64,000 nucleotides of DNA. Source: an uncultured delta proteobacterium (GTDB lineage: Bacteria; Desulfobacterota; Binatia; UBA9968). Every line of letters starts with the position of its first letter. The stretch's first letter is position 1. Location: NCBI GenBank assembly GCA_963804165.1, contig CAWDPO010000040.1, forward strand, positions 64,001-128,000, read 5' to 3'. The notes below the pieces were generated by a model. It was not told the DNA's origin, did not search any database, and saw only the letters and a list, made by a program, of their open reading frames with translations. This document shows positions 21,199 to 32,800 of this stretch, piece by piece. Made by a program: the position numbers and the translations under genes.

Positions 21199-22747
21199 AT
21201 GGCCGGGGAGGTCATGGGAATTTTGAACTCGGGGAAAAACTGCTTGGATATCGCATCTGCAGACGAAACCGGACTCCTGATCGACGGTTGCGACTACTAC
21301 CGCGCTTTCTATCGTAGTGCTTGCAAGGCGCAGCGTTACATTTTGCTCTCCGGATGGCAGTTCGATAGTGACGTGTCGCTACTGCGCGGGGAAGACAATC
21401 GAGAGGGCGACGATGGACGACTGCTGTCTTTCTTGAATGCACTTTGTGACAAGAATAAGGACTTACGAATATACATTCTTGCCTGGAGTTTTAATATCAT
21501 CTACGGAATCGACCGCCAATGGTTCCAAAAATGTTATTTCAACTGGACGACCAACGAAAGACTTACATTCTGTTTTGATGACTGCCATTGCGTTGGAGCA
21601 AGCCATCACCAAAAATTTGCGGTGATCGATGGTGCCATCGCGTTTGTGGGAGGATTGGATCTGTGCTCGGGGCGCTGGGATGAGCGAGATCATTGCGCTA
21701 ATAATCCCAAAAGGGTCAATGCGGATCAGAATACCTACACGCCCTTCCACGACGTCCAATCGTATCACTGTGGGTCCGTAGCCGGAAAATTGGCTGAACT
21801 ATTTAAAGAGCGCTGGAAGCTAGTTTGCTCCAATGAACTCGATTTACCCGAGGTCAAAGTAAAAACGCCCGCTGATTTCCCAGGCCGGTTCCGTGTCGCG
21901 GCCAGCCAGGTGGGCATCAGCCGGACTCAGGCAAAAACGGATGACGGGAGACAGGATTCTCTTCAGGAGATTCGCCAACTATTTGTCGATGCCATAGAAA
22001 GCGCCGAAAGCTTGATCTACATCGAAAATCAATACTTCAGCTCCAACGCTATCTTTAGAGCATTGTCACGGCGAATGAAGGCCCGCGGGCGCTCCCCTCT
22101 GCAGATCGTGATGGTGCTAGCCAAAGATGCAGACGCGTTTTTTGAGAGGATCTCGATAGGCCTCATGCAGGCAAAATTTATTGGCCATTTAAAAGAACTC
22201 GCCTCGACAACCGGCCATCGATTAGGAGTTTATTACCCGGCGTGTCTCGCAAACGGTGGAGAAGAAGTACCGATTTATATTCACTCGAAGTTCTTTTTGG
22301 TAGATGATCGCTTCCTGAGCGTGGGTTCGGCAAACATGAATAATCGGAGCATGGGATTGGACACCGAGCTAAACGTCACATGGGAAGCCGGGTCTGACGA
22401 AAGTAGTGTGATCCAATCGATCAGGGATATACGGGTCGATCTCTTAGCCGAACATGTCGGCGCAAGAGAAGTTCGTAAACTTACCCGACCCCAAAGGGTT
22501 GGTTGATTATCTTGAGCGGTTAGCAGGAAGTAAATCATGCCGAATTCGGCGTCACCCGTCGTTAGATGTTGATCCAGCAGAATATGAATTCCTAACATCG
22601 TTACTTCCGGACGGATTCCCCTTTGACATGGAGGAGGCGGACTCAAAGGAGGTTCTATACGAGGCGATTTCGGACGAACCGAATGGATTTTTCGCTAAAG
22701 GAATTTCGTCTCTGAAGCATGCCTTTAAAACGTCAGCCGGGGCGTGA
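21199..22747 (+). CDS. Phospholipase D-like protein (frameshift near 22485)
   Basis: Two HKD motifs: HHQKFAVID and HSKFFLVDD...GSAN. Confidence 0.9.
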
Positions 22748-22896
22748 CCGCTACCACTACTACTGTCGAGTAGACATGTTGAGTGAGAATCCGGTGTCTC
22801 TCCATCCAGCATCACTGAGTCCCTTATTCCTACAAAATGAGCCCAAGTTCGCCCTTAGGAATCATCCCGCGGATACCCAGCGAATCCACAGGTGCC

Positions 22897-22926
22897 TTGA
22901 CAACCCTTGGGAGCGTCCTTAACTTT
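22897..22926 (+). promoter_or_regulatory. Sigma70-type promoter
   Basis: TTGACA-N17-TAACTT upstream of the methyltransferase. Confidence 0.45.
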
Positions 22927-23193
22927 TCCGTGTGCTCGAGACTTTCAATTCTAGCATGCGCCCAATGAGGCCGCTTTTATAATTCGACGGGGAGCCCGCT
23001 GGCTTCTCTCTTTTTGCTTCTGCTCAGCGAGAATATCGGGGTTCCGAACTCCCCCTTATTTTCCATGTCGGGCTACTGAATCTTGTGGCTCCGGCGGTTG
23101 GACCACATCTGCTGCGTTTCTGTGGGAACATCAACTACCTGTCACTGTTTGGAAGTGATAGGGCCGAATAATTGTGCGCTCTGGAGAAAGACC

Positions 23194-23913
23194 ATGGATT
23201 CTAATGTACTGGGAAAAACGAAGAGGACTCTTCCGAAGAAATTAACGCAGCTAAGGAGCCGAAGGGAGCACAGTAGGCGGGTTGTGCGGAGAGTGACCCC
23301 TACGCCAGCTCACGAAAGTAGGATCTACTCCGACTATGCTTTGCTTTATGACAAGATCTTCGGGAAAATTTTCTTCAACCGTATAAAGCAAGTCATTGAG
23401 TCGCTCCACATCCCGCCGGGAGCAGAGGTCCTTGAACTCGGTGTGGGAACTGGCACGTCTTTTCCTGCTTATCCTAGACACTGTAAGGTCATGGGGATTG
23501 ACTTGGCGGCGGACATGCTGCTCCAGGCCCGCGCAAAAATTTCGAAAAACTCCTGGTCCCATTTGCAGGTCATGGAAATGGATGCGCTCAATTTAGCGTT
23601 TCCCGATAATAGTTTTGACTATGTGACAGCGTTTCATACTCTCACGGTAGTCCCGGACCCGGTGCAAATGCTGGCTGAGGCCAAACGTGTTTGCAGGTCA
23701 GGAGGTAAAATCGTGATCGTCAATCACTTTACCACTGATCTCCCGATTATTGGTTCTCTGACTGAGGCGCTTGATCCCCTTACACGTCGCCTGGGCTGGC
23801 GTACGAAACTCAAGTTGGAGCCCTTCCTCCAATCGACAGATTTCACTGTGGAAGAGATTTACAAGCTTTCAAAAGCCTCGCTCTACACCGTAATTCGGGG
23901 AAGAGTGGTCTAA
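23194..23913 (+). CDS. Class I SAM methyltransferase (phospholipid N-methyltransferase PmtA-like)
   Basis: YDKIFG, VLELGVGTG, VVPDP and IVNHF motifs. Confidence 0.85.
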   Translation: MDSNVLGKTKRTLPKKLTQLRSRREHSRRVVRRVTPTPAHESRIYSDYALLYDKIFGKIFFNRIKQVIESLHIPPGAEVLELGVGTGTSFPAYPRHCKVMGIDLAADMLLQARAKISKNSWSHLQVMEMDALNLAFPDNSFDYVTAFHTLTVVPDPVQMLAEAKRVCRSGGKIVIVNHFTTDLPIIGSLTEALDPLTRRLGWRTKLKLEPFLQSTDFTVEEIYKLSKASLYTVIRGRVV

Positions 23914-24128
23914 CGAATAGGCTGGAGCACAAGGAAGTGGTCAAGATCAAATAAGCGCGCAGGATGGGATAACCGCGTTGGCACTATTCTGAACGAGTAG
24001 TGATGCTGCAGGCGAAGCGTCCAACTAGATTTCAAGCGGCTCGTCGTTAAGACAGTGACAGTATGGCAGACATGTTACCCGGCTACTGCCACACTCGTGC
24101 CCTTTAGCGCCAAGCTATTGGGATCGGT

Positions 24129-25288
24129 TCAAATTTCGCCATAGGTCTTGAGCATCGTTTGCGTCACTCGATCCCACGTGAAATTGGTGTCCAGCAACTT
24201 TTTTCCATTGAGCCCGTAGCACTGCCTTTTACGATCGTCGGCAAGAAGCGCCTCGATGGCCAAGGCCAATCTTTAGGGATTTCCCGGCTGAACAATGACT
24301 CCGGTCTCCCATGAATAACCAGCTCCGGCAGGCCACCGACGTCGGTCGCGATGACAGGAACAGAATGCAAGTAGGCCGTTTGAGTGAGGCCGCTTTGCCC
24401 GGAAAATCTTATATAGGGCTGAATTAGAAGATCAGCCGCTTTGAAAAATATCGGCACTTCCTCGGAGCTTATATACCGGGGGAAAAGATAGGTCCTTTCG
24501 GCTAGCCCTTTGGTTCGCAGCTGTTCTTGGTATGGCTCCACAGCGGTAAAGAACTCCCCGGCAATGAGCAAAGCGACATCGAATTTTTCTGCGATGATTC
24601 TTAAAGGCCTCGATCAGATCGCCGAGACCTTTATAGCGTCGCACGTAGCCAAAGAAGAGCAGCACGTGTTTTTCCTTTATGCCGAGATGGGCGCGCGCCT
24701 CGGTTTTTCCATAGGCGGATTCAGCGTCCGCACAGATCCCATGAGGAACAACAGTAATCTTTCGCGGGGCCTGACGGAAGTGCTCCACAGCTTCCTCGCG
24801 CAGTTTTTCGGCATGAACCAAAAGTCGATCAGAAAACCGAAAGGCCATGCGCGAGAGCAAGCGATCGAAGTAGGCGGCTCTCATGAGGCTGCACATTGTG
24901 AACCGTGAGAACAATTTTTGCCTTCGATCGAAACCAGTATTTGAGAAGCAGGATCAACGGAATGAGAACAAAACCATGTTGCGGCACAAACCACTGGATA
25001 TCCACCACATCCGGCCGAATGCTATGGTTGATGATCATGCGCGGCTCTTAAAAGACGAAAGCATGGAGTAATATTTGAGAATTTCATGGATCGTGAATTG
25101 CTTCCGGAAACCGCGATTTCTGCTGCGGTTCTTTTTGCGTCTCCCGGATAAAGCCATCGAGGGAATATGTTTTTATAGCTGACGACTTCCACTTCCGCAC
25201 TTTTTACGAGGTTATTGACAAGATGGACCGAGTACTGATGGATACCACCTCGCCAGCGAGACACCGGAGCGACTAAACAGATTTTCAT
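24129..25288 (-). CDS. Glycosyltransferase family 4 (several frameshifts)
   Basis: MKICLVAP..GGIHQY; TVHNV; LLFFGYVRRYKGL; QSG...PVIATDVGGLPE, spread across frames. Confidence 0.85.
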
Positions 25289-25552
25289 TGCGTACGAACA
25301 TGCGCCGGTACAAGGTTGCGAGGGATAGCAGGATCGGCCAGGGGAGTGACCCCTTATACCAGACAAAAGCCTTAACCGCCCAACGGGAGTGCGGAGAAGC
25401 GAAGGTATTTCTTTCCAGCGGCGGCGCCATCGTGTCTTTACTCCATCTTGGCCTAAAGCCTCTCGTTATTTTGCTCCGATCCCCGTAGCAAAATAAGCCC
25501 TTCAGCTATCATACTCTCGGTACTGCATCCTGGCAATCGATCTCGCCGCTTT

Positions 25553-28500
25553 CTAACGCTCGCACTGTCTTTTGATTGGCGTTGATTCTTCTTGCGGAGT
25601 CTGTTGTTTTCTCTGAATCTCCTGCGCGTCGGACAGGGAGCGGCTCAATTCTTTGGCGAGCAGCCGCACGCGCGGTTCTAGAACGATGTGCGCGTGATAT
25701 CCAGGGATCAGGTGAGTTTCGAATCCTCCACCCGCCAATCTACCCCAGCCCATTTCAGGGTCATGATGAATTCCTCCGCCCAGCTCGGTGGCACGAAAGA
25801 GCGTAATCTTTCCCGGATAGCTTCTCGGATTGTAGCGTCTTGCAGCCTGGCTCCCGGCCTTTAGGATGTTGCGACGATTGCGCGCCGCAGGAACCCATCG
25901 GGATCCGAGCCCCATGTAAAGTTTGTAAAGAGCTTTGTCGATCTTTCCCTTCACGTAGGAAAGTCGCTCGCCGGGTTGGAGAACCCAAAGATTGCCGATA
26001 TGAAGACTCACGGTTCTTTCGAACAGGCGAATGGCTCGATAACGATAGCGGCGGAACAGAGAACTCCGCGCGGAACCTCTCCCCGCGCGGCGCGAAAGAG
26101 TCAACCAAAGCCAGCAAAGCCACTCTCTCGCCCTGCGCATGAAGCTGCTGCGCCATTTCAAAAGCGATGAGGCCGCCGATGCAGTGGCCTCCTATGTAAT
26201 AGGGGCCTTCGGGCTGCAGGCGTGCGTATCTCTTTGATGTAATGAGCGGCCATCTCTTCAATCCGACTGTGCAGAGGCTCGCTGCCGTCCAGACCCTGCG
26301 GTTGAAGCGCATAAAAGGGCTGATCCGAACCCAAATGCTTGGCTAGATCACGCCAGAACAAAACCCCTCCGTCATGCGCGTGCACACAGAAAAGCGGCGG
26401 CCGGGACCCGCCGGGTTGAATCGCCACCAAGGATTTCCATTGCGCGGCCTCTTCTTGCTGGCTCATCAATCCGGCCAGTTGCTCGATCGTCGGTGCGTGG
26501 AAGAGAGCAGCCACTGGAAGGCTTTTTCCCATCACCTTTTCGATCTGGGCAAACAACCGAACTGCCAGCAGCGAATGGCCGCCCAAATCAAAAAAGTTGT
26601 CTCTGATGCCTATCGGTCGAACTCTCAGAACCTTCTCCCAGACTTGTCTGAGTTGCTGCTCCAATCCGTCACGCGGGGCCACTGGCGCGGCATCCTGCTC
26701 CTGGCGTGTGTAGTCGGGCGCGGGTAGCGCGCTCCGGTCGACCTTCCCGTTGGGGGTACGCGGCAGAGCGTCCAAATCCAAATACACAAATGCTGAAGGC
26801 ACCATATGGTCGGGCAACTTCCGCTTCAGGAAACTGCGCAAGTCATGGGCTGACGGGGCTCGCTGTTGGTTCGCGACGATGTAGACCACCAGCCGTTTAT
26901 CGCCGAGAACGTCCTCGCGCGCCAGGACCACACATTCCCGCACCCCTGGCTGTTGACTAAGCGTCGCCTCGATCTCTCCGGGTTCAATCCGAACACCGCG
27001 GATTTTTACCTGAAAGTCCTTTCGTCCAGTAAACGCGATGCTCCCATCAGGCAGCAGCCGTCCCAGATCGCCACTCCGGTAGATGCGTTTCGCACGACAT
27101 TCAGGATCGGGCAGGAACGCTGCCCTAGTCATTTCTGGCTTTCGCCAGTACCCTAATGCAACATGAGCGCTCCTTATCCCTATTTCCCCGTAGACTTCCC
27201 CTGGCTTGCCTGCCTTATTGAGTAAGAGAACCTCCGTATCCTCAACCGGATAACCTACTGGGACGATATTCCCGGTTATCTCAGTTTCGTGGTTGACGAA
27301 ATACTGCAGCGTCACAGTGGATTCGCTGGGTCCCAACCCGTTAACAAAAATAGCATGCGAGGAGAAGATCTTTTTAAATAGATCGATATCTTCTCTATGA
27401 ACTTCTTCTCCCCCCAGAACGACAAAGCGGATTTTCGATAGATCTTCCCTACCCGTCAAGGCGTTCATCAAGTAACGATAGACGGTGGGCGTAGAGTGGT
27501 AGACCGTGATCTTTTCTCGGGTCACTCGGTGAAACAGAGCGGAGGGATCTTCCTCTTTAATGTCCATCGGATGCAGGGATGCGCCGTTTAACAAGGCACC
27601 GAAGATATCCATGACAGCCGCGTCGAATCCGTAGGACGAAAATAGCGTCAGTCTGTCATCTGAGTTGAGATGAAGATTATTCGTATAGCTTCTTATGTGA
27701 TGCAGAACATTGCGGTGGTTTTGCATCACCCCCTTGGGCATCCCAGTTGAACCAGAGGTATAGAGGATATACGCCAACGTATCCGGCGAAATGCGCAAGT
27801 TAGGATTGCCAGTCGATACCTCGGCATCGATCTCATCCGCATTGATGAGCTGCAGCCCTCCGTTAGTTAAGCTTTTAGCAAGGGCGATATTCCTGCGGTT
27901 GGTGAGAACGACTGTGGACTGAGAATCTTCCAAAAGATAGGATAGCCTTTCCGCGGGAAAAGTAGGATCGAGTGGTACGTAGGTCTTTCCGGCTTTCAAC
28001 ACCCCCAAGATGCCGGCAATCATTGGCGCATCGTGTTCAAACAAGAGGCCAATCCTTTGCTCTCCAGGCCGGCACGCTTGCAGGAACGTTTGAGCTATCT
28101 GATTGGCGGTCCGATTCAGCTCACTATAGGTCCATTGATGTCTTCGAGTCTTGACGGCCACGTGGTCTGGATATTTTTTTACTTGCTCTTCAAAACGATC
28201 TGCAATCGATTGCTCGATGGACTCTTTCTCAAACTCAACAAAAGGCTCAGTGGAGCACACGAGGTTGTAACGAGTGGACAGTTGGCGCCGTTCATCGTCA
28301 GTTAAGAGGGGTAAGTCCGACAGCCGTTGGTCGGGATCGGCCACAATACCCTGCAGCAGAGTCTGAAAATGTTCCAGCATTTGCTTCATCCGATCGCCAC
28401 GGAAGAGATCGGCATTGTAAACGAAATCAAAGTGAATCGTTTCGCCTCGTTCTCTCACATAAACAGTCAAATCGAATTTCGAATGCTGCCCTGAATGAGC

Positions 28501-29821
28501 GACATGCGTTACCGTCAGACCTTTGCAGTTTGAGGCCCTGACCATCGAGAGTGAGCATATTGAAGAACACCTGAAAAAGCGGCGTGCGACCCAAATCCCG
28601 ATCAGGTTGAAGCTCCTGCAATAACTTCTCAAAGGGGATATCTTGATGGGCGTATGCGTCCAAAGCCCCATCCCGCACACGAGCTAACAGCTCTCGAAAC
28701 GAGGGGTTGCCTGACAAATCGGTGCGCAGAACCAGAGTGTTGAGAAAGAACCCAATTAATTTTTCGGTCTCTCTTCGATTGCGCCCTGCGATGGGGAAGC
28801 CTACAACCAGGTCTTCCTCCCCCGTATGCCGGTGGAGCAATAGCTTGAACGCAGCCAAGAGGGTCATAAAGAGGGATGCGCTTTCTCGATTGCTGAGGTC
28901 TTTGAGCGCGTAGCTCAACGAATGAGGTAGAACCAAGCTGACACACCCGCCGCGAAAGGTTTGCACAATGGGCCGCGGGTTGTCGTGGGGCAACTCTAGA
29001 AGAGGAGGAGCGCCGCTGAGTTGATGTTTCCAGTACGAGAGTTGGTTCTCGAGCACATCTCCTTGCAGCCATCGCCGCTGCCACACTGCAAAATCTGCGT
29101 AGTGGACAGGGAGTTCCGGCAGCGGGGAGGCCTTACGAGCTAAGAAGGCATCGTAAAGAATTGAGAGTTCTTCGAAGAAGACCCCCATTGACCAGCCGTC
29201 GGAGACAATATGGTGCATCGTAACGAGCAACACATGCTGCCTTTCGTCAAGGCGAACCACACACGCCCGAAAAAGGAGGCCTCGGGCTAAGTCAAAAGGA
29301 CGGGAAGCTTCTTCGTTGACGAGTCTCTGAACCTCGTTTTCTCGTTCACTTTCAGGGAGAGGTTGAATATTGATTATCGGCAGTGTCCACTCCGTGATCG
29401 GTGCGACGACCTGGAACGGTTGTCCGTCGACGGCAACGAATGTGGTGCGCAATCCTTCATGGCGCTTCAACACCTCGTTCAGGGCCTGCTCCAGCGCGCT
29501 CAAGTTTAGACTACCGGTGAGACGAAGGGCGGCAGGAATATTGTATGTAGGGTTTGCCGGCTCTAGTTGATCCAAAAACCACAACCGTTCCTGGGCAAAA
29601 GAAAGAGGTAAGTTACTGTCGCGCGAGACGGGTAATATGCTCGGAGCAATATTGCTTGCCTCACGCAAAAGTCCCATGATTTCTGCTTTTCGCTCCCTTA
29701 GCTCTCCGGCCAATTCGGATGTTAATGCACGCGGCGGGGCGCTGTAGCATAGTTTCTCACCCTCAACCCAGAGCTGAATGTCCTGAGTCCTTAGAGAGGA
29801 CAAAAATTCAGCTGTCGTCAT
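25553..29821 (-). CDS. NRPS 2: TubC-like docking domain-C-A-T-TE (frameshifts near 28520, 26220 and 26070)
   Basis: MTTAEFLSSLR..IQLWVEGEKL; HHIVSDG; YTSGSTG; LGGHSLL; TE motif GGHCIGG. Confidence 0.93.
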
Positions 29822-32800
29822 ATTTCTCCCGTCTCACGCGTTGTCGTTGTGTTAACATCCAATCGCCGCGGTTGATTGGACGCCCAACGTATCGCTTCGA
29901 GAGATTCCGCCAACCCCGCAACCGTGGGATGCTCGAAAAGGTTGCGCAACGGCATCTCTGCCTGGAAGACCTCACGGAGCTGCGACATGACTTGAGTGGC
30001 TTTCAGAGAATGGCCGCCTAAATCAAAGAAGTTGTCGTAAATACTAACGCGTTCCAATCTGAGAACTTCTCCCCAGATCTTTGCCAGCTTCTCCTCGATC
30101 GGGGTGCGAGCTGCGACGTAGCTCTGCCCCAGTGCCGCTCGGTTCCGATCCGGTGTCGGAAGCGCGCCACGGTCTACCTTGCCGTTAGGGGTGAGCGGCA
30201 ATGAACCTAAAAACACGAAGGCCGATGGCACCATGTAATCGGGCAGCTTCTCTTTTAAAAAGCGACGTAGCTCGTGGGTTGTAGTGGCAGGCTCCTGCTT
30301 AGATATCACGTAGGCTACCAGTTCCTCTTCGCGAGTGCTTTCTTCAAACGCAGTCACGACAGTTTCCCGCACCGAAGGGTGTTGGCCCAGCACTGACTCG
30401 ACTTCTCCCAGTTCGACTCGAAAACCCCGGATCTTGATCTGATGATCAATACGACCAAGAAATTCAATGTTACCATCGGGCAGGTAACGAGCCAGATCCC
30501 CGGTCCGGTACAAACGTGCTGTCGGATCATTACTGAAGGGATCGGGAATGAACCTTTCGGCCGTCAGTTCCGGGCGCTTGAAGTAGCCGCGCGCCAAGCC
30601 GGCGCCACCAATATGCAGCTCGCCTGGGATCCCTACAGGCACCGGCTGTAGGTTGTCGTCCAGCAGATAAATCCGCCTATCGGCGATGGGACGGCCGATT
30701 GGGATCGATTCACCCTTAGACCCGGTCGATGTGATTCGGCTGATTGCTGCCCAAACTGTCGCCTCCGTGGGCCCGTAAAAATTCCAAACAGAAACACCCC
30801 ATTCCATGGACGGAGAGGCCAGGTCTCGGGGGAAGGCTTCACCGCCACAAATAATCAGCCGAAGGCTCCAGTAATCGGCGTTCTTCGGGCCTTTGGGGAT
30901 TGCCTCGACGAGTTGACGCATAGCCGAGGGGGTTTGGTTGAGAATCGTCACGCGCTCCGAGCGCAACAAATCGTGCAAGGCTGCAGGCGATTGGGCCACG
31001 TGCAGCGGAATAACTATCAGCCGACCACCCTGAAGAAGCGCTCCCCAAATCTCCCAAACTGAGAAATCGAAAGCGTAGGAATGGAAAACGGTCCAAACGT
31101 CGTGTTCATCAAAGCCGAACAATGGCCGAGTCGCCTCCAACAGGCGAAACACGCTACGATGGCAGATTTGAACTCCCTTGGGACGGCCGGTGGAGCCGGA
31201 GGTATAGATCACGTAGGCGAGGTTCTCGGGTGTCATCCGGATGGAAAGGTTTTCCTCGCTTTCTTCAGCGATGATTTCCCAGTCGGCGTCCAGACATATA
31301 ACTTTATCTAGCTGCCTAGGCAGCCTCTCGAGAACATGGTGTTGAGTTAGCAGCAGCGCCGCTTGGATGTCTTTCAGTATGAAGGCCGACCGCTCGGCAG
31401 GATAGGCCGGGTCCAGTGGAACATAAGCGCCACCCGCCTTGAGGATCGCAAGCAATCCCACTATCATCTCCACGGAACGCTCGACGCAGATCGCTACCGG
31501 CACTTCGGGCTTTAACCCGAGCTTCGTTAGATAGTGCGCCAATTGGTTCGCCCGCCCGTTCAGCTCTCCATAGGTGAGCCGTGTTTCCTCATAGACCAGT
31601 GCGATGGCATCGGGGGTCTCCTTGACTCGTGCCTCAAACAGCTCGTGGAGACATCGATCGTGCACATCATCCATCCGACTACCGCTCCACTCGATCAATA
31701 CCTGTTGCCGCTCTGCTTCGGTCAACAGCGGTAAGGTTGAAAGACGCTCATCGGGATCCGCTGCAATGCCTTCCAGCAACGTCTGAAAATGTTCCGCCAT
31801 GCGGCGGATCGTCCCAGCGTCGAAAACATCGGTGTTATACTCCAACGTCCCTATGAGACCTTGTGGGCTCTCTTGTAAATCGAGGGCTAGATCGAATCGG
31901 GCCGTCCCGCTATCCAGTTGCATGCGGCTCGAAAGTGAGCCCGGGCAGTTCCAACAACGGGGTCCCGGTGTTGTTAAGGGCGAATAATATTTGGAACAGT
32001 GGGTTATAGCTCAGATCTCGCTCCGGCTGCAGAAGCTCGACCAGTTTCTCAAACGGTAGCTCTTGGTGAGCGTACGCTTCCAAAGAGATCTCCTTAACGC
32101 GCTTCAGCAATGCTCGAAAGATCGGGTCGCCAGATACATCCGTGCGCAACACCAGAGTATTGGCGAAAAAGCCGATCAGTTCCTCGCTCTTGCTGTGAGT
32201 ACGGCCGGCGATAGGAGTGCCTACGACGATGTCAGTCGCCCCCGTGTAGCGGGAGAGAAGTACTTTGAATGCCGCAAGCAAGGTCATGAACAACGTGGCC
32301 CCCTCGCGATGGCTTAAGGCTTTGAGCGCTTCAGAGAGGGGCTTTGGGATCGACACAGGCTGCTTTGCGCCCCGGAACGTGCTGTATCGGCGCCCGTGGC
32401 CGGTCCGCCGGCAGATGCAATACTGCCGGCGCGCCTGCGAGTTGTTGGTTCCAGTAAGCAAGCTGCTGCTCGAGTTCCTTCCCCTGCAGCCAATCACGCT
32501 GCCAAACTGCATAGTCGGCATATTGAATCGGTAAGTCAGGCAGCGGCGAGGGCTTTCCATTGGAGAAAGCCTCATAGAGAATTGAAAGCTCTCGGAAGAA
32601 CACCCCCATGGACCAACCATCCGATACAATATGATGCATGGTTACGAGCAAGACGTGATCGTCATCGCCTAGCCGCACCAGCTTGGATCGCAGAAGCGGC
32701 CCCCGGGCCAGATCGAAGGCTCGTTGGTTTTCCTCGTCGGCAAGACGTTGCGCCTCAGCTTCTCGTTCACCCTCAGAAAGATGCATCAGTTCCACCACAG

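Noticed and set aside
23194-23913. Methyltransferase as an NRPS tailoring enzyme
   Set aside because: It is on the opposite strand with its own promoter and looks like a phospholipid methyltransferase
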